From Dipteris shenzhenensis (Eukaryota), in the NCBI GenBank assembly GCA_047967505.1, contig CM106538.1: a stretch of DNA of 64,000 nucleotides; one strand, written 5' to 3'. This document shows positions 21,247 through 31,646 of the stretch, piece by piece (within the stretch, counting starts at the first letter, position 1; each line of letters starts with the position of its first letter). Both the position numbers and the translations under genes were made by a program. Below the pieces are notes generated by a model. That model ran no database searches. It was given only the letters and a program-made list of their open reading frames with translations, and was not told the DNA's origin.

Positions 21247-24200
21247 ACAGGAAATGTAGGCATTTAAAGGATGTCATGAGAGAGCTAGAAAAGTTATGTA
21301 CTGGTTGTCTATCAGTATTTCGGACTCTATGATTGTGCATATTCAGGATGCAAGTACGCCAAAGGAGGCATGGGATACTTTGGCAAAAATGTACAGCACA
21401 AATAAGCAAGACAGGAAAATGTAGCTCAAACAGGAGTTGCACAATGTGCAGAGAGAAAATTTGAGCATAAATGACTACCACATGAAGGTGAAGAAAATTG
21501 CAGATGCACTTGCTTCCATTGGGTTGCCAGTGGAAGATGATGATCTAGTTTTTGTGACCTTGAATGGTCTAGGAAAGGATTATGCACAGTTCTGGACATC
21601 CATTGCCGTCCGTGAAAAATTTCTTGATTTTGAAGAGTTGTTTGCTCTTCTAATTTCTGAAGAGCAGAGAAATGGGGGTGCATCTTCTTCAGGAGGAACT
21701 TCAAAAGAAACTATCTTCTAATCAAATGCTGGAAGAGGTAGAGGTAGAGGTAGAGGAGGCCGATCTGCAGGCCATGGTAGAAATCAGAATATGCAGCAAA
21801 CTCAAGAAAACCAGTCCTATGGAGGAGGACGTGGTAACTCTAGAGGCAGGGGGAACCAAAGAGGCCGTGGTGGATGGCAGAGAGGCCAAAATGCAAACAG
21901 CAATGTTGAATGCTACTACTATGGTAAAATGGGTCATATGGCTAAGGATTGCTACAAAAAGCAGAATGACATTATGAATGGAAAATTGCAGCAAGGCAAT
22001 TATGCATCTTCCAGTAGACAGGGTGATGACAGAAATGAGCATCTATTTATGGTGCAGCATATGACCAATTCTGTGACAAGTGCAGAAGAATGAAATGATG
22101 TGTGGTATGTTGACTCAGGTGTTTCAAACCACATGACAGGTCATGGAGAATGGATGCAGGATGCAAGGAAAATGGAAAAACCAGGATTTGTGGAGACTGG
22201 TGATGATACTGCACATCCTATTGTGCAGATTGGTAAAATTCCTTTGTCTATGCAGGATGGGAAAAGAAAATACTTGTCCGATGTATTTCATGTCCCGAAC
22301 ATCACCAAGAACCTGGTTTCCGTTGGTCAAATGGTTGAGTAGGGCTTGCAAGTCAGATTTAATCCTCATGGATGCTTTGTTGAGGATATGAAAAATAACG
22401 GTCGCTTGATAGCAAAAGGAAAGAAGAAGGGCAGGATGTTTACGTTGGATGTGGACATGCCTGAATTGAGTGCAGCAATGTTTGCACATGAGACTGGTGT
22501 AGTTGCAGATATTGATATTTGGCATAAATGCATTGGTTATGTTAATATACAACGACTTAAATCAATGCAAGCCCAAAATATTGTTGCAGGATTGCCTAAA
22601 TTCAAGGTTGTAGAAATGCATAAGGTTTGTGAAGCCTGTCAATTTGGAAAACAGGCAAGGAAACCATTTCCTAGGCATGTTCAAGAGAGTAAAAAGCCAT
22701 CGGAATTAATCCACTCTAATGTGTGGACTACTAAAGCTGCATCTATTGAGGCTGTCACTATTTTGTCACATTTATTGATGACTTCAGCAAAAAACTTTGG
22801 GTGTATTTTATGAAAAAGATAAGTGAAGTGTTTGGGCACTTCAAAGCTTTTAAAGCTATGGTTGAAAAAGAAACAGGCCTGAAAATAAAATGCCTAAGGT
22901 CAGATGAAGGGGGAGAGTACCTCTCAAATGAGTTTGCAAGGTTCCTGCAGGAGCATGGCATAAAGCAGCAATATTCATGCAGTCATACCCCACAGCAAAA
23001 TGGACTTGCAAAATGGAAAAACAGGCATATTGGAGAGGTATCTCGGGCCATGCTAAATGAAAAAGATCTACTAGATTATTATTGGGCTGAAGCAGTTGCT
23101 ATAGCAGTTTACATAATGAACAGGACTCCCACTGCAGCAATACATGGCATGATGCCAGAGGAGATGTATACTGGTAGAAAACCAGACATTTCTCATTTGA
23201 AAATTTTTGGTTGCATTGCCTATGTCCATGTGCCAGATGAGTTGAGGTCTAAGTTGGATCCAAAAGCTGAGAAGTGCATCTTTATTGGTTATTCTCTGCA
23301 GCAAAAAGGGTATAGATGCTATAACCCTTCTACTTGTAAGTTTACAGTGAGCAGAGATGTTGTTTTTGATGAGATGAGCAGCTGGTATAAACTAGTAAAT
23401 GTGATGATTGATGTAGATGCACAAAATGGTAATGCTGCACAAAATTCACAGCAGCAATCACAAAATATCAGTGGACCTGCAGTGTCCTCTAGTAGTGTTC
23501 ACATACTTTGTCATGGACAGGTAGATTGAGATAAGAAGAATCTCCTCAAAGCAATGCAGATAGTGGTACGCAGGTATCACGAAAAGGAAAAGAGAAGGTA
23601 GATCAACCCGTGTTTGATGTGAATGCAAGTCACTCTTATGTGGATGGTGAATCTAGTGGCTCAGAACAGAGCATTGATGATGAGTTAGGTATTCCTTCTG
23701 TTGTTACACCTGGAGTAAGGAAGACCAGGGATGTTTTGAGAGCACCTGGAAGTGAGCCTATTTTGCGTAGGTCTACTAGGGTTAGGTATCCTATGGATAG
23801 GCTGAAATATGATGGATTTACAGCCATTCACTATGCCTATATGGTCAAAGTGATACAGGAACTAGAACCCACTTCTTTTGAGCAAGCCATGGGAAATGAA
23901 AAATGGGAGAAAGCCATGGATGCCTTGGAAGAAAATGCTACATGGGAATTGGTGCCTTTGCCTAAAGACAAGAATGCAATTGGCTGTAAGTGGGTTTATA
24001 GATACAAGGCAAGATTAGTTGTCAAGGGGTATGCACAGACATATGGCATTGATTATGAAGAAACTTTCAATCCGGTTGCAAGGATGGCAACCGTAAGAGC
24101 AGCCATTGCTATGGCCGCATCAAAGGAATGGTCTTTACATTAGATGGATGTAAAGAATGCCTTCTTGCATGGTGATTTGCAAGAAGAGGTCTTTATGGAG

Positions 24201-25213
24201 CAGCCACCAGTTTATGTTCATGCTCTTCATCCTGAGTTTGTTTGCAGGTTGAAGAAAGCCTTGTATGGCTTGAAGCAAGCACCTAGAGCATGGTCTGACA
24301 AGATAGGATAGTATCTTGTCACTATTGGCTTTCAGATTTCCAAGGCAGATTTCTCACTCTATGTGAGAAATTCTCACTCTATGTGAGAAAAACAGAGAAA
24401 GGTATTATGCTGCTTGCCATTTATGTTGATGATTTGATCATCACAGGTGATAGTGATGAAGATATCCTTCATGTGAAAATGCTATTGAGGCAGAAGTTTG
24501 AGATGAAGGATTTGGGAGAGCTGCGTTATTTCTTGGGCATTGAGGTGATTAGATCACCAAGGTGGGATATAGCTCTTGCAGAGGCAGTATGGATTGGACA
24601 TGCTGTCCAAATATGGGATGACAGGCTGTAAGCCTATTTCACTTCCTTTGGAGCAGAATGTGAAGCTGAGCACAGATGCAGGTGAGCTTTTGGAAGACCC
24701 TACTATGTACAGACGCATAGTAGGAAGTTTGATTTATATGACTATTACCAGGCCAGATCTAAGCTATGCTATTGGATTGGTAAGTCAGTTTATGCAGGCT
24801 CCAAGGAAACCGCATTTGGATGTGGCTAGACACATACTCGGGTATGTGAACTCCACATTGCAGTATGGACTATTTTATGAGGCAGGGGTTGAGATACAGC
24901 TGCATGGATACACTGATGCTGATTGGGCTGGTAGTATTTTTGATAGACGATCTACCAGTGGATATGTGTTCTCTTTTGGGAGTGCTGCAGTCAATTGGAG
25001 CAGCAAGAAATAGCCTACAATTGCCTTGTCAAGCACAGAGGCTGAGTACAGGGGTATAGCAATGGCTGCATGTGAGGTAGCTTGGTTGCATAAGCTACTT
25101 TATGATATGCATCAGTCTACTGATGGGCCTATTGTCATTTATTGTGACAACATGAGCAGTATACACTTGGCAAATAACCCAGTCTTTCATGCTAGAACAA
25201 AGCAGATTGAGGT
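21247..25213 (+). mobile_element. LTR-less internal region of Ty1/copia family B (gag-PR-INT-RT-RH pseudogene)
   Basis: WYVDSGVSNHM protease, CLRSDEGGEY integrase, YVDDL RT, GYTDADWAG...STEAEY...NPVFHARTKQIEV RNase H. Many stops, both ends truncated. Confidence 0.95.
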
Positions 25214-26400
25214 AACATGTCCTTTCTTAATTGCCATAGAGAGTGGAAGATTATAATTCACCAATATCACTAGCCATACACTATAAGAGGTGCATTTGAG
25301 ACCAAATGGGTTCACACCATTCATACCTGATCCAAGTCTCAAGTTCCTAGGTTCTTCCTTGAAGCTTGACCATGTGTTTTCAATATTCTTCCATGCAGGA
25401 GTGTCTATGGGAGATCACTTGTCATCGGTTGATCGATGAGAGGAATGCCATGAGATGATCTCTGCAATGGATTTGCACTTGAACATATGTTGGATGCAAG
25501 GGATTATGGGAAAATGTCGTAGAACCTTTCAAAGCACATACAAAGTTTTGAGATCTACTCTATATCTTGGCTTGCCACAAGTAGGACACTCGCAAGCCTC
25601 CTTATGTGCTCCACAAAACAGAATGCAATCATTGACGCATGCATGGATGTACTTGTAATCCAATCCTCCAAGAGATGTCACATAGCGCCTTGCCATATCT
25701 CTTGAGGTCGGTAATTTATTCTCCCTTGGAAGTATTTTAGATAATAGCATACACGTGAAGACCATAAATGAGAAAAATTATTCCAGTTGATCCATTAGCA
25801 TAATTCACCATGTTTGCAAAATAGAACACTTACTTGGGTAATGCATTAAAACTTGCATTGCTCCATCCATAAATGGTCTGCAAGTTTAGTAGGCACATAG
25901 AACAGAGAATGTGCACCCCTCAAATACTTGTGTCGATGCTGTAGTAAAAAGATTGTCCTGCTCCATGCTATCATCCCTACTTGAGGACTGATGGGCAAAT
26001 AAATCTCGCACCATATCATCGAACACCTCTTTCCTCTAGGGCCTCATGAGGTAATGGTGGAGGGATACTATCACCATCACTCCATGCATCCATAATGGTC
26101 CCTCTTGAAGATCCCGCCTCATAGTGCCGATGCTTCACCTCCTCACGAGGAGCATAGGGCAACATATGCGGGTGTGGCACTGCATCCTATATCAAACACT
26201 TGAACATCCATAGGTATCTCAATCAACCTCAATGCTTAAACACTTAGCATGGATATGGTCGCATTTCACTATATGTACTTTGAGATGTGATTGAGTGTAA
26301 TTCTATGTGCACAATACATGTTCCCTCCACATCGATCACACATACAATTGATTTTTTTGCTCCAACCACATTTCTCGATGGTGGAGATGGAGGGATTCAT
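25214..26400 (-). pseudogene. CACTA/En-Spm Tnp2 (TnpD)-family transposase, N-terminal half
   Basis: CMCDRC N-terminal motif, then IHACVNDCILF...CPTCGKPRY, VLRHFPIIP, PAWKNIE...EPRNLRLG...GVNPFG...SVWLVILVNYNLP. Confidence 0.92.
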
Positions 26401-27114
26401 CCTCACTGGAGGTGCTTGTTGAAGATGAAGAAATCCTAAAAATAATAACTCAAAATGAAAGTCCAAAATGTTAGTGAAGCAACAATTTGAAAAATTTACC
26501 CCAAAACTATGTAACATGTCTATCAGCACATCTGTACTGGGAAATACATCCATAGGTGTGTATAATATACAGTATAGATGCACCAATAGACACATTTTTA
26601 GGCATGCTTTAATTGGTTTTTAAACCTACATGAACTTTATTTCCTTACTCTGCCTTGCATTCCTTTCAACTTGTATACCCATCTCCAACAGGAACTCATC
26701 TCCAAGCAGCTTACACCTCATCTCCAAGCATACAAATTCATCTCTAAGAATATAAGAGAAGAGGGTGAAGAAGGAAGCCACAAGAGAAGAAGGAGAAGAA
26801 GCTTTCAAGAGGAAGGAGAAGAAGCTTTTCATACCTCTATCCAATGTAACTCTCTTGTCATCAGCTGCTCCTCTCTCTCAATCTATGATGCTTCTTGTAC
26901 TTGTGGAAAGTTGTTTTCTTCAAATTCGTCCTTTGTCGCATGCAAGAAAGAATTTTTTTGGGATCTTTCATTCTAAGTGGGGGTCGGTCGGTCTGTCATC
27001 ATTATCCATTTTATTCGAGATTTTGTGACAGAGTGCATCTAATAGCGCACCAAACTATTTTTTGAACTGTGTACCCGCACCTATAGACATGCTGTTAGCC
27101 CCATGTATAGATAA

Positions 27115-27345
27115 ATTTTCCTTCTTTATCCCTTCTCCTTTTCCTTCTCCTTCCCATCTCCCTTCTCCTTCTCCTTCCATTCTCCCTTCTCCTTCTCCTT
27201 CTCCTTCTCCTTCCCATTCCATTTTCCCTTCTCCTTTTTCCCATTTTCTTTCTTCTTCTCCTTCTCCTTCTCCTTCCCTTTTCCTTTTCCTTCTTCCCAT
27301 ACTCATTCCTTCCTCTTCTCCTTCTCTTTCTCGATCCTTTCTTTC
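27115..27345. repeat. Pyrimidine-rich (CCTTCT)n-like tract
   Basis: Directly visible. Confidence 0.9.
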
Positions 27346-27350
27346 TTGAG

Positions 27351-27818
27351 GAGAAGCCATGTGTGAGCCCAAGACATTGGATGTTGCATGTCAGATGAGG
27401 TCTATCAATGAGATTGTTGATGGTAGAAAGGTGATTGTTTGGGAGCCCCTTATTCTTGCTGGGGCCTGGGGGCCAACAGCCCCCTTGGTGGGAGTTCGAG
27501 GGCGCGGAAGCCCCCGAGGCAATGGTATAGGGAATATTCTTTGAATATTCCATGGATGACTAGTCGGTTGCACCGACTAGGTTGACTAGTCGGTTCCACC
27601 GACTACGTTGATCCGACTACCACCCTCATACCTATAAAGAGGCAACCTCCCCAGTCCATTGTATCAGATCAGTTTGGATCAGATCAGATCTTTCAGTAGC
27701 TAGTAGCTCTTCACCTAGTATTTGTCTAGATCACCATCTAAGCTCCACTATGGGAGCACACAAGTGGATGGAGCCATCATCTATACTACATCAGTATTGA
27801 AGGAAAATTTTATTCCTC
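27351..27818 (+). repeat. Truncated family D LTR, interrupted by the gypsy insertion (continues 37514-37529)
   Basis: Alignable by eye with 61527-61984. The uninterrupted copy reads ttcctctccagtttgctatgta across the insertion site. Confidence 0.9.
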
Positions 27819-28285
27819 TGTTAAGGGCAAAAGCAGCAACAGCAAAGAGGAACTAGGGGGGGAGTCCTTAGATTATTATCATTAATACGTTGTATCTAGT
27901 TTATAGTGAGATATGAAAAGACGGAAGTTCTAGGACCAGGCGGAGAACTGACGAGGCACGGCAACCGTGAAGGAGTTATGTGTGCCGGTTAGATAAAAGA
28001 GAAGAGAGCGATCATTCAGGGGGCTCATTAATGAGGATCGGAGCAAGGATCAGTGTGATCAGAAGAGGAACATTGTTATGTATCAGAGAGTACGGTGTTG
28101 TACTGCTCGGAGAAGTGTAATACAGATATTCTATTGCATCTATCTTATTGTTTTATCATGAATGATTCTGTCGATCACTGTTCTACTCTATGAATTTTCA
28201 TACGCAGTTCTGAAGTTCGATTACGCATGTAAATCTGTCGCAGTAGTGCGTTTCGAGTTAGTCTTCAGAGTAGAGAGGGCTAACA
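27819..28285 (+). repeat. 5' LTR (467 bp)
   Basis: Differs from the 3' LTR by three substitutions that I could see and one 12-bp duplication. Confidence 0.97.
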
Positions 28286-28288
28286 CTT

Positions 28289-28300
28289 TGGCGACCACGG
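28289..28300 (+). promoter_or_regulatory. Primer binding site, probably tRNA-Arg
   Basis: TGGCGACCACGG lies 3 nt after the LTR. TGGCGACCAC fits my recollection of the plant tRNA-Arg(UCG) 3' end, so the tRNA identity needs checking. Confidence 0.7.
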
Positions 28301-28391
28301 AAGATTTCCATGTTCGTCACGGTGGATACCCCGGAGAGGTTGGATGCTCCCCATCTGTAATACTCTGATTCCTCGGTGCGTGGACTAGCGC

Positions 28392-31300
28392 ATGAATGAC
28401 GCTGGGAGTGAGCCAGGGGGAACATCGCGCTCTCCGGCACGGCCTCGGGAGCCTGCAACTCCAGTATCGGCACGTACAACCCGCGAGGAACGGCATGACA
28501 GATATGTGGCTCAACGTGATCTTCTCTTCGGCTTCTTCACGGATAGTGAGAGTAGTAGCCGCTCTGACACACCTCCGCTGATCCCAGGAGAGGAAGGTCC
28601 AGTCGTTTCCGGTGTTCAGGAGGAAGGCGAATCCTCCGGACGCAGTAGCCCGTTCGATTTAACAAGTACTCCTCCGGAAGACGAAGCGTCACCGTTGCGG
28701 AATTCCCCACCACCGAGTCCCAGGAGACGGAGGGGTGGTGTGCCTGCAGGAAGCAGAGCCCCAGGTCCGTCACCAGATCCCGGTAGGGGAGGTGGAGGCG
28801 GTGGAGGCGGAGGCGGGGGTGGAGTTCCGGCGGTAAGTAGTGCGGCTATTCCACCACTGGTACCCAGGATGACGGTGAAGTACCCCAAGTTTTCGGGACG
28901 GGATAAGGAGGATGCGGATGCACATATACTGTCATTTGAGATGGCATGGATGGTGAATACGGCTCCACCAGTGCAGGCGACAGATCTTATGAAGATGGCG
29001 ACTTTCATCCCGACACTGCAGAAGCAGGCGGCAGTATGGATCGCGCAATATGGAGCTACCCATTTCGCCACGTTTGATCTACTGCGGGATGCTTTTTTGC
29101 TCCGGTTTCGGGAGGACAAGACCCGTGTTCATGTCCTGGACAAACTGGGGAAACTGGAACAGAAGAACCAAGAAGTGGAGGCGTATGCGGCCAGGTTTCG
29201 GTCGTTGATCCACTGCCTCGATGCAGCAACTACCCCGGCAGTCCCCATCCAAAATGCTTACTTCATGGAGGGGCTGAATAAAGGATTGAAAAGGTCCCTG
29301 GCATCGTTGGATCTGGAAGCTCTTTCATTGGAAGAAGTCGTCCAAGCAGCGGTGAGGGCGGAACAAGTTCTGTTTACTTCCAAGGGAAGGAAAGGAAAAG
29401 TGAAGTATGAGGAGGCTGAGGGAGACTCCGATACCGATAATGAGGAGGAGTCGGATCAGTCGGATGAGGAGGAGGACAAACGTTCCATGAGGCGGAAGGC
29501 TGGAAAAACGGCAGGGAAGTCATTTCCGGAAGGATCTGCTGCCGGAGCCAAAAGCCGGGATAGTGGAATAGGGTCCTCTTCAAAAGTTCGCAAGGATACT
29601 TGGTGTAATCGGTGCCGGAATGCAGGACACTTAGCAGAGGAATGCGGTTTGAATGAGCGGTGGTGTGCGATTTGCCAAACAGCGACGCATACCACGGAGA
29701 TCTGCCGCTATAACGCACGAATAGCCCCGACACCAGCGGTGGCGGCGGTAGTTGCGGCACCAGCCGCAGCACCAGCCGCGGTACCAGCCGCACTGGCGAA
29801 AAGACCTTGGCGGCCGAGAACGGCTGGAACAGGTGCAGATGAACTAGCAGGGGAACGGACGTTCCTATGTTTTTATTGCAATCAACCCGGACATCGAAAG
29901 GTAGATTGCGAATTATTCAAGCGCCACAAGGCGGAAAAGGAAGCAATCCGGGGATCCGGAGAAGGCAAGTCCACACCAGCAGTGAATGCGGTTCTGATTA
30001 TCGAATGCGATGATGCCAGTCAGCAACAGGATAGCAAGGAGCCTAGTCCGACGTCCGAAGAAGTACCGGAAGTACCGGCGGGTGTCCCTGTTGAAGGCAA
30101 AGTGGGAGGAAGTGCGAGCGGAGATGTGCTCGTGGTCACAAGATCCCAGGAAAAGGTGCGGGAATACAAGGCCCCGCAAGAGAAGGGGAGACCTACGGCG
30201 TTGGACTGGCAGGCACAACAAAAGGTGCGGTCGACGGTCGGTGAATGGGTCCAGAAAACCCCAACGGTGTTACCTAGGCCGAGCGCGGACAAGGCAGTCT
30301 CGGTGACGGAGAATGGTGCGAAGGTGGCAAGGCGCCTGCAAGGAGAGCAGCCAGAAGCGACTTGTCTACCTACCAGTCAGAAGGACAGCCTGATGACCGG
30401 CGAGGAGGGTGTTGAACCATATGATTTATGGCAGGATTTGCGGAAACAGCAAATACACATGACAATGGAGCAATTGTTAGCATTGGTACCCAATTTCCGG
30501 AGTTCTCTCATCAAACAATTGACGGAACCAGTCAGGGCGATGGAGTCGGAGATGGAAGCGGTAACAATGGAGGTGTCGTCAGACGGATCTGCAAAGCCTG
30601 AAGCGGAAGTACAGCCTCCTGTTTTTGACGAAGCGGTCCCGGTAATTTCCGTAACACTGGAGAACAGCCGTGTGGGAGGGGTGTTGCTGGACGGAGGGTC
30701 TGGGGTCAACATCCTGTCCGAACAAATGCTGGTGCCATTGGGTATCACAAAATGGGAATCAGCACCCTTCGCCGTTCGGATGGCAGACCAACGGAGAGTG
30801 CAGCCGTTAGGATTGCTCCGTGGATTGAAAATGGAGGTTTGCGGCGTGAAGTTCGAAATCGCTGCGGTGATTCTCCGGATGGAGGATATTAGCGGGTCAT
30901 ACCCGTTATTGCTCGGAAGACCGTGGTTGCGGCAGGCCCGTGTGAAACAAGACTGGCAATCAGACCGCATCACCATTCGGAAAGGAAAAAAGAAGCTGAA
31001 GCTCTCGGTACATACCAAACAAGGGCTGAGGACACCATTCCGACCGACGATGGCGGAAGGTATCCATATGATGGACGGGATGGGGGTCGAAGAGGAGGAT
31101 GATTGCTTCAGTAGGAATACGGAGCTGGTAAGCTTGTTCGAGGTCGATGTGGTTGCCGTTTTAAAGCAATATCAGCATCAGATTCCCTCGGCTACGCAGG
31201 AGTCATCCAGTTCCACGAAAGAACCAGTCGAAGGGAGTCTACCGGAAGGCACAGGAGACATGCCGGACGAAGCAGGAGTGGCGGAGGCGGAAAGAGTTTT

Positions 31301-31646
31301 CGAGCAGGAACTCCGTCGCTCGCGGAGGGTCAAAGAAGACGAGCTGCTGGATCTTAACCTCGGGACGGAGGAGGAGCCAAAGAACGTCCGTGTCAGTGCG
31401 AAGCTCGATAAAGGATTTCGGGGAAAATTGGAGACATTGCTGAAATCCTTCAAAGACGTGTTCGCCTGGGACTACACAGATTTGCTCGGCATCGATCCCA
31501 AATTCTATCAGCACAGGATCAATCTGCAGAAGGATGCGATACCGGTTCGGCAACAACGGTATAGAATGAACCCGAACTATGCCCAGAGAGAGGGTGAAGG
31601 AGGAGCTGGACAGGCTGCTAAAGGTCGGGTTTATCTATCCGGTTGA
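28392..31646 (+). CDS. gag-pol: Gag-protease-RT start (polyprotein part 1)
   Basis: Capsid VKYPKFSG..DADAHI, three CX2CX4HX4C knuckles, aspartic protease LLDGGSGVNIL, pre-RT FKDVFAWDY. Frameshifts at ~31585. Confidence 0.93.
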   Translation: MNDAGSEPGGTSRSPARPREPATPVSARTTREERHDRYVAQRDLLFGFFTDSESSSRSDTPPLIPGEEGPVVSGVQEEGESSGRSSPFDLTSTPPEDEASPLRNSPPPSPRRRRGGVPAGSRAPGPSPDPGRGGGGGGGGGGGGVPAVSSAAIPPLVPRMTVKYPKFSGRDKEDADAHILSFEMAWMVNTAPPVQATDLMKMATFIPTLQKQAAVWIAQYGATHFATFDLLRDAFLLRFREDKTRVHVLDKLGKLEQKNQEVEAYAARFRSLIHCLDAATTPAVPIQNAYFMEGLNKGLKRSLASLDLEALSLEEVVQAAVRAEQVLFTSKGRKGKVKYEEAEGDSDTDNEEESDQSDEEEDKRSMRRKAGKTAGKSFPEGSAAGAKSRDSGIGSSSKVRKDTWCNRCRNAGHLAEECGLNERWCAICQTATHTTEICRYNARIAPTPAVAAVVAAPAAAPAAVPAALAKRPWRPRTAGTGADELAGERTFLCFYCNQPGHRKVDCELFKRHKAEKEAIRGSGEGKSTPAVNAVLIIECDDASQQQDSKEPSPTSEEVPEVPAGVPVEGKVGGSASGDVLVVTRSQEKVREYKAPQEKGRPTALDWQAQQKVRSTVGEWVQKTPTVLPRPSADKAVSVTENGAKVARRLQGEQPEATCLPTSQKDSLMTGEEGVEPYDLWQDLRKQQIHMTMEQLLALVPNFRSSLIKQLTEPVRAMESEMEAVTMEVSSDGSAKPEAEVQPPVFDEAVPVISVTLENSRVGGVLLDGGSGVNILSEQMLVPLGITKWESAPFAVRMADQRRVQPLGLLRGLKMEVCGVKFEIAAVILRMEDISGSYPLLLGRPWLRQARVKQDWQSDRITIRKGKKKLKLSVHTKQGLRTPFRPTMAEGIHMMDGMGVEEEDDCFSRNTELVSLFEVDVVAVLKQYQHQIPSATQESSSSTKEPVEGSLPEGTGDMPDEAGVAEAERVFEQELRRSRRVKEDELLDLNLGTEEEPKNVRVSAKLDKGFRGKLETLLKSFKDVFAWDYTDLLGIDPKFYQHRINLQKDAIPVRQQRYRMNPNYAQREGEGGAGQAAKGRVYLSG

